Shown: piece after piece, positions 23,800 through 37,780 of the stretch
Layout of the letters: each line of letters starts with the position of its first letter
Position numbering within the stretch: the first letter of the stretch is position 1
NCBI RefSeq assembly: GCF_009914755.1
Contig: NC_060942.1
DNA: 64,000 nt
Origin: the human T2T-CHM13v2.0 reference genome, Homo sapiens
Strand: one strand, 5' to 3'
Position numbers and translations under genes: made by a program
The notes under the pieces: model-generated
Seen by the model: only the letters and a program-made list of their open reading frames with translations
Told to the model about the DNA's origin: nothing
The model's database searches: none

Positions 23800-24040
23800 T
23801 TATAGGGCTCCACATATTAAGGGTAGAAGGATCCTGAGGGATCACCTTTTTCAGACTTCTGCTGCTGAAAAACTGCCATTGTTATCCCCAATTTCCTGAT
23901 AAGCAAACTAAGGCACAATAGTGTAAGCGAGCCAGCCATAATCATGCAACTGACAAAGGCTGGGCGACAGGCTCCAACCCAGAGCTCTATCCCAGGTGGA
24001 AAGCAGCGTCTAACTTTTATCCATAAGCATACTGGACTAC
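23800..24040 (-). mobile_element. MIR
   Basis: attgttatccccaatttcctgataagcaaactaaggcac. Confidence 0.6.
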
Positions 24041-24309
24041 TGTTGAGGGAACAGTGAAATATCCTTTACCCCGGGCTTGAGAAAGATGTAGAAAAAGGTC
24101 AATCAGCTGGTGGGTTTTGTATCATAACTGTTGGTGTTTTCTCCTCCCTCATTGAGCCAACCTCATGAGTTGGCAAAATAGGAAGCTATCAACAGGGTAT
24201 GAATACCTTCTCAGCCCGACAGGGCCTCCAACCCCTGAAATACCTTTACCAGAGTCAACACCTTTCTTTCTTCAGTAAGTGCTAGGCCTGGAAATGCAGA
24301 TCTTCATGT

Positions 24310-24515
24310 GGTAGCATGCTACCATGATTAAGAGAACAGCTTTCATATTTAGAAACATCCAGGATCAACTGGCTTGTCACCTACTAGCTGTGTACCCTAC
24401 AACAATTATTACAAACTGTAATCTAGTTTACTTCTTTGTTAAACAGTAGTACATCACCTATCATGTGGGGCTGGTAATTGGTTAAATGAGATTGTGAGAT
24501 CCTGGCACATCAAGT
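24310..24515 (+). mobile_element. MIR
   Basis: tgattaagagaacagcttt...acctactagctgtgtaccc...ttaaatgagat...cctggcacat. Confidence 0.65.
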
Positions 24516-24729
24516 GAATTCACCAGTTCCATTCTGCCAAGATGGAGAAATTGGGCAGTCTTTGGTTTCCTCTCCCAGATCAACTCTTGAAAAACTGTAG
24601 GAGCAAGAGGTTAATATGGATTTCAGGAAATAATAAGAACCGCAAGTGAAGAATATCTGGGAGACTAACGTAGAGAGGTATGTGGTTACAGGGTGCAGCT
24701 AGAGGTAAAATTGAAGAAAAAGGTTCAGT

Positions 24730-25190
24730 TCAGCACTATTCACAATAGCAAAGCATGGAATCAACCTGATGTCCATCCATGACAGATTGAATAAAGAAAA
24801 TGTGGCACATATGCACCATGGAATACTATGTAGCCATAAAAAAAGAACGAGATCATGTCTTTTGCAGGAGCATGGATGAAGCTGGAGGCCATTATCCTCA
24901 GCAAACTAATGCAGTGACAGAAAACCAAATACTGCATATTCTCACTTATAAGTAGGAGCTAAATAATGAGAACACATGGGAACAAAGAGGGAAACAACAG
25001 ACACTAAGGCTTACTTGAGGGTAGAGGGTTGGAGGAGAGAGATGATTAGAAAAAATAACTATTGGGTACTAGGCTTAGTACCTGGGTAATAAAATAATCT
25101 GTTCAACAAGCCCTCATGACATAAGTTTACCTATATAACAAACCCGCACATGTACCCTGAATCTAAAATAAAAGTTTTTTTTTTTTAAAA
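24730..25190 (+). mobile_element. L1PA13-16 3' fragment
   Basis: cagcactattcacaatagcaaag...aactattgggtactaggcttagtacctgggt...cacatgtaccctgaatctaaaataaaagt. Confidence 0.9.
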
Positions 25191-25310
25191 GATTACATTT
25201 AGCTCTTGCCTGTTCCAGCAGTAACATTCCTTTGGGACAATCATTGCCTGAATTTTATACCGTAAGTCTGCAGCAAGAACCCAGACCACCAGGGCAGGTC
25301 AAAAGCTTTA

Positions 25311-25645
<335 letters not shown>

Positions 25646-25724
25646 GGGGGTATAAGGGTCTGGTTGTCCTCTGGCATGGCATTCATTGCCACCTCAGCTC
25701 TCTTCCCCACAGACTGCCAGCTGT

Positions 25725-26320
25725 TGTATTAGTTTTCTATTGCTGCCATAACAAATTACCACAAACTTAGCAATCAGTCCTGTGTGGAGAAAGTCTGGGT
25801 ACAATGTGGCTCAGTCGGATTCTCTGTTTAGTCTCACAAGGCTGAAATTAAAGTGTCAGAAAGGCTGTGTTTTAAGGCCCTGGGAATAAATCCGATTCCA
25901 AGTTCATTCAGATCATTGGCCAAATCCAGATCCTTGCAATTTGGTGACTGAGGTCCCTGTTTCCTTGGTGGCTGTCATCCAGGGGCCAATCTTTTCTCTT
26001 AGAACCTGACTGCATTTCTTATGCTTTCCATGCGGCCTCTTTCAGTAACAGTGAGTGAAGTTCCTCTCACACTTCAAATTTCAGAAACATCTTTTCTCTG
26101 TTGTACCTGTCTGACTTTAACCAGAGAAAGTTCACTGCTTTAAGGACTCATGTGATTAGATTGTTCTCACTGGGAGAATCCAGGCGCCTCTCCTATTCAA
26201 AGGCTCAAAACCTTACGTGCACCTGCAGAGAGTTCCTTTTGCCATGTAACATGACATATTCACAGGATTCCAGGGATTTCAGTGTGGACACCCTTGGGGA
26301 ACTCACTCTGGCCTGTCACA
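25725..26320 (-). mobile_element. MLT1E-like MaLR solo LTR
   Basis: tgtattagttttctattgctgccataacaaattaccacaaacttag...ttttgccatgtaacatgacatattcacaggattccaggg...caca; TSD gctgt/gctgg. Confidence 0.88.
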
Positions 26321-26344
26321 GCTGGCATGCTTATAGGACTATTT

Positions 26345-26720
26345 TATCAACACTAAAGACCTGTTTCATCACCTGCTCCTTCCAATCCTTTCACCTGCAG
26401 TCTAGATTCTTCTTCTCCTGCCCTCATCCATCAATTATTTTCTCTTTTGCATATATTTATAAACTGTTTCCCTAGGGATCCTTACTCAAAGACTGTAAAC
26501 ATCTACTGGTTTCTCTCCAGCTCTTAAAACCCTCTGTCAGTCCTTATCCCCTCTTACATATGCATTTCTCTTTTTTATACCCTGTTCCAGATAACATTTT
26601 TCACTCATCTTTGCCATTCCCTCATCTGCTCACTTCTCTGTCCCCATAACAAGGCTTTGGCCCCTAGAAATCCAAGGAAACTGCTTAAGCACGTGTCATC
26701 AATGACTTTCAAGCTTTCTA
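26345..26720 (+). mobile_element. L2 fragment
   Basis: Pyrimidine-rich L2-like sequence ending ...gaaactgcttaagcacgtgtcatcaatgac. Confidence 0.45.
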
Positions 26721-26723
26721 ACC

Positions 26724-27036
26724 TGAACGTAATCCCCAGGTGTCAAGGGAGAGACCAGGTGGAGGTAATTGAATCGTGGGGGCAGTTCCCTCATGCTATT
26801 CTCATAATAGTGAGTGAATTCTCACGAGATCTGATGGTTTTATAAAGGGCTCTTCCTTCGTTGCTTGGCACTTCTTCCTGCTACCTTGTGAAGAACGTGT
26901 CTTGCCTTCCACCATGATTGTAAGTTTCCTGAGGCTTCCACAACCATGCTGAACTGTGAGTCAATTAACTCTCTTCCTTTGTAAATTATCCAGTGTCAAG
27001 CAGTTCTTTATAGCAGTATAAAAATGGCCTACTACA
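26724..27036 (+). mobile_element. THE1C/D MaLR LTR lacking its 5' ~40 bp
   Basis: taatccccaggtgtcaagggagagaccaggtggaggtaattgaatc...ccatgattgtaagtttcctgaggc...gtgagtcaattaa...ctactaca. Confidence 0.88.
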
Positions 27037-27163
27037 GAGACCAAGTCCTATCCAGTATACTCTATTTCTTTGGCATCTGTCACATCCTTACATCCTCCAT
27101 CCCCATTGCTATGTCTTTATAGGAACTACTATTTGTTGAGTCCCTATATATGAGATATTGTGA

Positions 27164-27478
<315 letters not shown>

Positions 27479-27487
27479 TTTAGACCC

Positions 27488-27785
<298 letters not shown>

Positions 27786-28019
27786 TAGACCCTCTTTGAA
27801 GATTATTTTAGTTTATCTTCACAACAATCTGGGGAGGTAGGTAATATTATTTCTATTTTACAGCTGACAAAATGTAGGCATAGTTAGGTTAAGTGATTTA
27901 GCATGGTTCACATAGTTTCTAAGTAGCATCCCAGGTTCATCTAGTTCTTAAGTCAATGCTCTTTCCAAAGCACTGTTGCAATATGCTGTTTGAGATCTTA
28001 GTATCCTTCCTATGGACTC

Positions 28020-28682
28020 CGATGTTTTCTCTAAACAGTCTCCCTATAGCCCTTCTTGTTCTGTTAATCTCTCCTCAACACGTGGAATCAGAGTAATTTG
28101 TATAAAACAAAAATTCAAGGATATTACTACTTGGCTTAAAACCTGTCCATGTTACTACCTGGTTTAAAAAAAATCTGTGCCACACTGAGATCATTCTTAC
28201 CTCTTTAAACCTCATTTTCGTTTGATTTGCTTTTGCCTCCAGCTTATTTTCTTGTCGTACTCCTATCTGCTCCCCATATCAAGCTCCTAGCCACTCCCAA
28301 ACTTGCCTCCCTATTTCTCACTGCACCCTCCACTTGGGATTCCCTTTTCTAACTTGTATTCTGGAGAACCTCTGTCATTCAAAATTAATCAGCTCAGCTT
28401 ACTCATTGAAACTATCAACCTCCTAGTAGAAAGCTTTCTAGGTTTTTCCAAGAAAAATGTAATTACATGCTCTTTTTGTGTGTGTGCGTGCACCATGCTC
28501 TGTACATTTTTCTCTTGTTGAACTCAACTTTGGTTCACTTATATTTGTTTACCTTTCTTCTTCCTTCTATTAGAAGTATAAGGTCCAAGAGTCAACGAAC
28601 ACATATTGCTTGTATTTACATTCCTACTACATGCTTGTCACATGTGAGGATTCAATGATTGTTAAATGCACGAATTCATGAA
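28020..28682 (+). mobile_element. L2 3' region
   Basis: atcagagtaatttgtataaaac...ggcttaaaacctgtccat...; terminal attgttaaatgcacgaattcatgaa. Confidence 0.6.
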
Positions 28683-30159
28683 AGACAGAGACTTGAAGGC
28701 AAGACTAAACAGTCTAGATTTTATTCCCTAGATTTAAAAAAAAAAGGAAAAAAAAGTCATTGAACTTTTGGAGAGGTTTTTGGCTTGCTTTTGCACATGA
28801 GAGTACCACGTTCAAGGTGGATGTAACTAGTAGCAGTATGCAAGGTGGACTGACATGGGGAGCACTAGATCCTGGGAACACGTTACTAGACCACTTCTAT
28901 AGACCAATAAACAAATGGAAATGTGGTGGAGAAAGACACTGATAATGACCTCTAAGACACAGATATTCAACACATGGAAAATGAGAGCATCATAGCAATT
29001 GTGCATTACTATGCTCTTTTGATGTGATGCACCAGCAGGCAGTGAATATGGAATAAACAAAGAATTGTGTCAAGTGTGATTTCACAATGCCTTTGGATTT
29101 TGGAAATGGTGGGTGGATTGCGGGCGGGCGGTGGGGGGAGTTTATCATGTCTTTTTATACAAATCATAAATCTCCTTGGCACCAATTGAAAGTAAAGGCA
29201 GCAGCCTGAGTATTTAGATTTTATGCTCCATTTATTGTCTCATATTCCTCCAGTCAAAGATAATTATTTCTTAATTAATCATACGTAAACAGTCTATATC
29301 CTTTGCAGAACTGGCTACTTAAAAGAACATTTATCACAGCAATTGGTCCCACATACCCAACTGCAAATCACCCACTTTCAGTTGATTTTGCAGCAATTGA
29401 CTCCTGATCATTTTTGTGTTTCTGATGGTTTGGGGAAGGCAGGGGGACAGAGATTGGAGGAGGCCAGAGGAGGGATAACATGCATAATTATCCTTTTTTT
29501 CTTGTTGATTCTCTTTAGAAAAAAATGTACGAGGATATAAAAAACCCACCGTATATTGAGATATTAGCCATTTGTATTGGAGTTGCTCAAAAAGTTATTT
29601 TATTTCAACCACAAGAAAAAGCTCCATGAAGAGTTCCCCCCAGAACAATGCCACCACCACACTATTCAATTTTCTGGAGTTATATTTATAAATGACCTAA
29701 AACTGTAGACGTGGGTTAGTGCCATCTTGGTATGGGTTATATGATCTTGAAAGGAATGTACTGAGTATTTTATCTTCATGGGCTCCCAGTGAAAATGGAA
29801 TCATAGCATTTTGGCATTGAATCCAGGAATATCTAGTCATTTTGTCTTGTAGTTCTCCAGTCTCTTTAGAAAGTACTAACCAGCTTTCCCTACCTCATGG
29901 ACAATAGCTGATTGATGAGCAATGTTAAAGATTTAAGTTAGGCTAAAGTCCACGATACAGAGACTAACCACCCAGGTTGTCCAGTTAAGTCAAGAAGACT
30001 TTATCTTAGAGAATGTAGTGAACCCAACCCTATGTAACTAAGGTAAGTCTAGAAAGCAGCAGCTTCAGCCATCATGTGGATCCTTCTCTTTGAAAGCAAG
30101 CTATCTGATGGATCTTCATATCTCCTCTAGCAATAAGCTCTGTTCCTGGCCCCAAATAA

Positions 30160-30350
30160 CAATAACAAGGATAGCAAGTATTTATGCAGAATTAATTAGG
30201 GGCCAAATACTATTCCAAGTGCTTTCCACATATTAATTTAATCTTATCAACAGTCCCAGGAGGTAGACTTCTATTACTATTCCTATCTTACAGGTGAGGA
30301 AACTGAAGTATTGAGAAGGCAATTCGCCCAAGTTTACAAAACTAGTATGT
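30160..30350 (-). mobile_element. MIR
   Basis: caagtgctttccacatattaatttaatcttatcaacagtcc...cctatcttacaggtgaggaaactgaag. Confidence 0.8.
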
Positions 30351-30973
30351 GCAGGTGCTTAATACATGTAAATCAATTGGGATTAAATTGTGAGTTCAAA
30401 GATGAACTGAGCCAGTTTTTCTCAGTGTCTGTGTTGCTGCTTATAGTGCCTTAGATCCAAGAGGGTGTTCCCTTCCCCTCATCATATTTCTGAGATAAAA
30501 GTTAAAACCAAAGTCATTAACCAGGCCTTCTCTGCTGCCAGAAAACCCACTGGGACAGGTTTCTCAGCCAACTTCATTGTTCCCAATGGAACCTTCTGTC
30601 CATCTCATTCAAATGAAGGCTTTAAGAGGTTTTCTTTTCTCCCCTTTTTCTTGGCCCCCTCATTTGTATTTTCCCTGCCCATATCAAACCTGTAAATTTT
30701 TCCAAAGAGCAGTGATATGTTCTACTCATCTTTTTTCTAACTCCTTTTTATATAGCAGGCACATAATAAATGCACGTTAAATATCTTAAATATTTATATA
30801 GCAGGCACATAAATGCACATTAAAGAAATATATAAATATTTTAAATATTATTATATTTTTAAAGTGGCAAGCTTAATGAATTCCTTGACGGTATTAAATT
30901 GCAACAGTTGTACCACAAATGCTTTGTAAACTGTCCAATCTAATTCTCCTTGCTTAGAAATGAGGACACTGAA

Positions 30974-31323
<350 letters not shown>

Positions 31324-31449
31324 TCATCTATCCAGTGCCCAGTTGGTTGATTTGCAGGAACCTGAAAATAAGGCTACTATGAAATCCTCTTCCTTCTTCC
31401 ACCTTCTTGCTTCCTTCCTCTTCTTTCCTATGACCCTGTGCATGACAAC

Positions 31450-31640
31450 ATGGGAAGGGTTCCACCTATATATTCAGACCTAATAAAAACCTTGTAAACA
31501 GGGTATTTTTCTCCTCGTTCTGTAGATTTAGAAATTTAAAATTTACTAGAGTTAAAAAACCCACTTAAGGCACTTAAATAGTAACTGTTGAAGCTGTGTT
31601 TGTCTGATGCCAAATCCTGTGTTCTTACCTCGTTTACTAC
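31450..31640 (-). mobile_element. MIR
   Basis: taataaaaaccttgtaaacagggtatt...gttctgtagat...gtctgatgccaaatcctgtgttctt. Confidence 0.5.
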
Positions 31641-33819
31641 AAGAATGATATGACTTCCTGAAAGAAACTTTGTTTTTGTATTGCTATGGAAAAATCACCC
31701 AAGATATACTAACAAAAGATCATCACGATATGCAAAAGACAGCACAGGGCATGGGACTTTGTGTAAAAAAAGAAATATATAAAAACATATATTTTATTGG
31801 ATTGAGTATGCCAAACTATTTACACGAATGGACAGTAAATTAATCACAGGGATTACTGTGGAAACTTGGCAAATAAGGCAAGAGTGGGAGACTTCTCACA
31901 GTACTTTAAAAATACATGTTAAAATTTGAAACATATACATGGATTATCTCAACTTTTTTAAATTTAAAGCAGGTTTTACAAAGTATATGGCTTTTTATCT
32001 TGGCCATTTTGACATGGGGCCTTTTTAACCTGGTCATTAATTACAACTATTATAACTGTATAACTGCATGTCAGACATACTGCAATTATTCATTGTTGAG
32101 CCATGCCAAATCAAAACCAGTACAGAAGCCTCAAGATTATGTCTAGAGCTTCTGCTTTTACCAAAAGTACATGAGGACTTTGAGAGAGAGGCATTGTGAG
32201 GCCAGCTTCCCAGTCTTTAGCCACCCGACTGCCACAAGGCCTCACGTAGTTTTGCCATGTTGGAATAACCCCTGCCCATGGTCAGTTCTTTAGCCTCATA
32301 TGCTCATTCACTTTCATTTTCCTCTTGACCAAAAGTAGATCTGTATGGCCAGAATAGATTCACATTATCTAGGTTTATAAGAGCCTGGAATATAAACTAC
32401 AGAGCCAGCTTAGTAATTTATAATGAGACATATAACAGAAGAGCCAACACATTCTCTCCCGTAGGCAAAGACACATGGTGGTGCAACCTGTATTAACAGA
32501 TTGCTTAATCCATATGTCGTGAGAACAGGGTGGATGAGCTCTGTGCTGGTGAGCAGTAGTTCAAGGTTGATACTACTATCTCTGCAGCAGGAATAGCTGT
32601 GCCACCAGGACCTGGTAGGTTCTGTCCTCAGGTCTGGACACATCTCCCTTGGTCATGGCTTAGATGACCCTGGAACTCCACAGTGTTGTGCTTCTGATAG
32701 ACATGTTCTCCCTCTTTAGACCTGTTAAAATGTTCAGCCTGGTTACGTTTGAACTGGTGACTATTCGGATCTTTAAGATGACTTAGCACAGTTTAGTTCT
32801 AATCACTACTTGAATGAATTACACGAACCTGAAATGGCCAGCCTCATTTACCTTAATCTCCAATTTTAGTGTCTCCTTCCTGTGAACTTCTTGCCACACC
32901 TACCATGAACGTTCTACAGAACCCCTGTCTCCTGACCCCACTCCCAGGATTTTTCATGCACTCTTCCTGAGAGCTGACCAGCTGTAAGTTGTGGCCAACT
33001 GAAAATACTCAAATCTGATATCCAATCCTGAGGCTTTGTTTCCTTCAGTCTGGAAAACTATATTTTCAATTTCTCTGTTTACATGAAAGGGAAATAGTGT
33101 ATTTTTGTATTAGGACTGTATACCTACATAAGAGTGAGTTGGCCTCCACATTAAGTGTCAGAGAGTACAGAGGAAGGAACCATAAGATTCCTCCAGAAAG
33201 GAGGTGAAAGGACTGGATGGAGCATCTTGTTTACTACAGAAGGTGGTGAAAGAGCCACAGACAGACTTGAACAGTCTCACACTTTTGCTGATAGCTGATG
33301 CTGCAAGAGAGCATCCAAGGGAATTGAAGATCCTCAAGTCTGTCCTCACTTCTGCTAAGGGTGTTTCCCTGGCAATTTTTTTATAAAGCAAATTCCTCCG
33401 GAAAGATCATATATTCAAAGTCAAAAGTGCAGGAGGATGTATGGCAGTGCCTTTCTGGGAACTGTTTTCTTTTTTTTCACGTGAGGTCCTTCCTTTTTTG
33501 TTAAACTACATTGTACACATTCATTTCTTGTTGTACACAACAGAAATTCAGAGTAAAAAGTAAGAGTTAGAAACTTCTGTAGCAATGTGACATTTTCTCT
33601 ACGTCCAAGTGTAAAACCAGTGGACTTTAGCCCAGGAAAAGGGAATAAATGGGTTTGAACATTGTCAAAGTCATGTGGTAAGTGGTACATAAAGCAATCT
33701 GCATAGAAACATACGTAATAGGACCATGCACTGGTCTGTAATGAATGAGGGGAAAAATATTGGTCCTTCTCCCTCACAGGTAGCTTGGAAAGCACTTCTG
33801 TATGGTGAAAGTCTTCCTC

Positions 33820-34105
33820 TTGTTCTTATTCCTCAGCTATCCAGTTCCCTCCTGGAGGCAATCAATGTTATTGGTCTCCTGTGTTTTACACACACACACA
33901 CACTCACACTAGCTTATTAAATGTTCTGTATCTTGTTTTTGCTTTTTTCATTTAGTAATATGTCTTGACGATTTTGTTTGAAACTTTTAAAATAGCTGGA
34001 GAATAACCACTTGTACAGAGGTTCTTTATTTTAGCCACTTCTGTTTTGTTATGAAGATACTGCTTAATGAATAATTGGATATATTTTATTTCACACATGC
34101 AAATA
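33820..34105 (-). mobile_element. L1ME4-like fragment
   Basis: ggaggcaatcaatgttattggtctcctgtg...tgttctgtatcttgtttttgcttttttcatttagtaatatgtcttg. Confidence 0.55.
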
Positions 34106-34500
34106 AAATGTTTGACATTGAACACTTGTGTTTAAAAGGAAGCATGCATTTAATATGCATATTAATTGTTAAATGAATGCTTGTTGAGTTAAAAATGCAA
34201 GAATTGGTGAAGCTTTTGAGGAGAGATAGGCAGATCATCTGTGGAGCCTTAAGTGCAGGGAGAATTTGGCGTCATAGGGTGGAGGCTTTGTGAAGTGCGG
34301 GGACAGCTCACAGAGCACTCAGGTTCACCTCCACGCTGCCTTGTAGGAAGGCAAGAGATTAGCAGAACTGAGCCTCAAACTCAGGCCCCTCCTATCTCAA
34401 CTTCCTCCCTCTTTAGACTCCTGCTGGGATGCTCTGCTCCTTTCTTTCTGTTAAACTACATGTGTATACCCATCACTTGTTGATTGGACTTACATCTCTC

Positions 34501-34963
34501 TGTAGCAGGACGAGCCGCAGACAAGAACCCCTCAGATACCGAATTGTAGAAGGAAAGGGCTTTATTCAGCTGGGAACATTGGCAGACTCACGTCTCCAAA
34601 AACTGAGCTCCCTGAGTGAGCAATTCCTGTCCCTTTTAAGGCCTTACAACTCTAAGGGGGTCCGTGTGAGAGGGTCTTAATCAATTGAGCAAGCAGAGAG
34701 TACGTGACTGGGGGCTGTGTACACCTGCACTGGTAATTAGAGTGGAACAGAACAGGATAGGGATTTTCACAGTGCTTTTCCATACAACGTAATCTATAGA
34801 TAACATAACCAATTAGGTCAGGGGCCAATCTTTACTAGGCCCAGGCTGTGGTGCCGGGCTGTCTGCCTGTGGGTTTCATTTCTGCCTTTTAGTTTTTACT
34901 TCCTTTTTTTCTTTGGGGGCAGAAATTGGGCATAAGACAATATGAGGGGTGGTCTCCTCCTTA
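34501..34963 (-). mobile_element. LTR2 (HERV-E/Harlequin) solo LTR, 463 bp
   Basis: Starts tgtagcaggacgagccgcagac and ends ...gggcataagacaatatgaggggtggtctcctcctta (reverse of LTR2 consensus); 4-bp TSD tctc/tctc; AATAAA on minus strand at ~34561. Confidence 0.93.
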
Positions 34964-34994
34964 TCTCCTGTGCCTTTTCAGCTTCAGGAAGACA

Positions 34995-35230
34995 CAGTGG
35001 AAAAGTGGAATGAGTTTAGGCTTCGATATAGATGCAAGGTCCTGGCTTTAAAGCCTTCTCTACCTGTGGGACTTGGGCCAGTTGTTGAACCTCTCCATTT
35101 CTTGTGTCTAAAATTCAGACTGTAGTGTGTCCTCTAGTGTGTCCTCACAGAGTGGGGAAGTATGAATTAAGCTGGCTCAGGTAATGCTCCAGTGCTGGTG
35201 TCCAGGTTGTAGTAAGCTCTCAAAAGGTTT
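34995..35230 (+). mobile_element. MIR
   Basis: cagtggaaaagtgga...tacctgtgggacttgggccagttgttgaacctctc...gtagtaagctctcaaaa. Confidence 0.6.
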
Positions 35231-36429
35231 TGCCCCCTCACTACCTTGAACACCTGCCCAGATGCTCTGTAAATGCTCACTGAACTGAATCTAGTCACAT
35301 GAAACTTCACAGTACATTTCTGTATCTCTTCCTTATTGAGGTGGCTGCTTGTGTCTTCATATCTTCAAGATGCATTTACTGCCAAAGAGCTTGGGAGGCC
35401 AACTCTTAGAGGCTCATTGCATTAGAATGAAAAAAGCACAAGAGGCTGATTGTCCCCCAAGGAGAAACAGGCAAGATACTGAAGGAAAGGGAGACTGCTG
35501 CTCTTCTAGGAGTTCAATGAGAAACAGTCATTAGAGCCACAGCCTGCTGTGCAGAAAACAGGCTGTAGTGAGAGAGCATTTTGGATTCACTGACCCGAAG
35601 TTCATGCTTCCTGTCTATCTGCTGCATTCTTATATTACCTTAACAAATGTCAGCCTAGCTGTTGAAGGTACAAATGGTACACTGCAAAGAATGCACTGAA
35701 CATGTTTTGAGCTCAATGTTGATGCCTCCAAAAGGGCAGGGTGGGAAGGAAATGACCAGGGCCAAAGAGGCTAAAGGGTGCCCTGTTGCAAATTGGCCAA
35801 TTGAGAGTTGTTTGCTGGGACATGCATTCTGGTGCACGCTGGTGGTGCACTGGTAGTCTGTATAGCTCCTGTTGCGTCTAGTCCATGAGCTCTTTAGCCC
35901 AAATGCACTCAGATGCTCACAACAGGCTTTTAAATAGCACTTGCTGGATGAATGGCAAGTGTGTCTTTGCAGTCTCCTGCAGGATTAATTAGCAGTTTCC
36001 TGGACTTTGGTAGGATGTCCTTAATGCTCAGCAACAATCCAGCACAAATCAAAAACCTGTGTAATGGTCATTACCGTTAGAACTCAATACCAGGAATCCT
36101 CACCTTTTGTTATGAACTATTTAACTCCCTCTGCCTCTAAGAAAAAGCACATTTTTGAAATTAAAGCTGCATTTACACCCTTAGAGAAAGGTGTTTTGTT
36201 TTAGCTTGAATACTGAAAACTACTCAGTCCCTCAGGCTAATGTGAACATGATCCCCTTGTTAGTCTTTTGCTTTTCCCATGTAATACAAATGTCAAAGTC
36301 CTCAATACCAATACAAATTCCCTGCTCTTGAAAAAGACTGGTAAAAAAGGATAAAGATGTGGATGAAGAAGAGGATCTGGCCTCTCCAGGGGGACTAAGC
36401 AGAATTCATAAGAATGCCAAACTTTTCAA

Positions 36430-36560
36430 CTGAGGCTTTAATCATTATCCATCCATCCACCCATGCATTTAACATCTATGGGACATCTACTATGCCAGAA
36501 ACTGTGCTTTGGATAAAGGATGAAGAAACCACAGCCTGTGTCTTCAAGCTTCTAGTTATG
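36430..36560 (-). mobile_element. L2 3' end
   Basis: atccatccacccatgcatttaacatctatgggacatctactatgccagaaactgtgct. Confidence 0.7.
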
Positions 36561-36979
36561 AGCATCCACCAAGAAGTTACCATAGGTGATCTTGTCAGAT
36601 GGCAAGAAGCCATCTGAATTCAGAGCAAGGAATTAGGGATGAAACCAGAGAAGGCCTGAGTAGTCATGGATACAAGAACATCTATCTCCCTCAATACTTT
36701 TGTGAAATTACCAGTTTTCTGAGTCTTTTCCCTTTACTTGTAATAACACTAGTCAAAGGTTGATTGCCTGATTTATTCCTTTTGGTTCCTTCCTCTGAAG
36801 GTAAGGATTCTGCTTAAGGAATGTCTAGCAATTAGTAAATACCTACAGCATAGGACTCATGTCTTCTAGAATGCCAAGCTTATTGCTAAATACATGTATA
36901 ACTAATAGGTGCCTGTCTGGCCTGTTGTAGCTTTGGTATAATCTTCACTAGGTTCCATGAATACTGAGTAAGAACAGGA

Positions 36980-37477
36980 CACTGGCAAAAATGGCAGTCA
37001 TTTCTTTACTGCTGTTTCTTCTTCATTCACACCACCTTCTAGAGAACCTCCTCTTTGAAATGTAACCCCAAGTACCAGAAGCTCCCCAAGCCATGCCATG
37101 GCTAACTACACCAGATGAAGCTCAGGAAATCCATGTCTCTTTTCAGAATTAAAAAGGAACTCCTAGATTAAGTAGATTAAATTAATGAGTGTCAGTGCTT
37201 TAACTAGAAACCTATATAGATTCAAAGGGTGTGGCCACTTTTGGGTACTGCTCTGATTTACGTGATGAGTGCACGAGTAGAGAAGCTCATCTGTGACAGA
37301 AAAATGAAGCAGAGATGAGAAATTCTTAGTATCTCCCAACTCTGCAGGTCCTATGATACCCCATTATGTAGCCATTGGGTTCTATGAGTTATATATTTAC
37401 ATGTATAACTTCTTTCTAATATTTAAACTAGTTTGAATAGACTTTTAGTGCTCATAACCAAAGGATAGCTGACTAAG
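36980..37477 (+). mobile_element. Old MLT1 (J/K/L-like) LTR remnant
   Basis: aaatgaagcagagatgaga...tttaaactagtttgaatagacttttagtgctcataaccaaaggatagctgactaa resembles an MLT1 3' end. Confidence 0.55.
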
Positions 37478-37780
37478 GAGAATAAAGGTCTAGGTTCTTA
37501 CTAGGAATTTATCAGGATAAAAGGCTAGATACAGAAGGAATATGGACTGTGGAGGTCAGAAAGCACCAGTCTGTGATAATCCAATAATCTTACAGAAATA
37601 GGAGAAGAAAGATATCAAACCAACATCAACTTTTGCCTGTTTTAGATTAAAAAAAAATCTGAAGCATTTGGTCTGTTTCTGCTTTCCTGATGATCTATCT
37701 GATGTGAAAATCTTGCATTGTCTTTATCTACAGCTGTTCCAGCTAGTTGGTATGGAGACATTGTGGCTTTACCACTGCAG

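Noticed and set aside
32700-33400. Acceptor-like ttctccctctttag and purine-rich exon-like stretch
   Set aside because: No recognisable peptide or paired splice sites; a lncRNA exon cannot be excluded without RNA data
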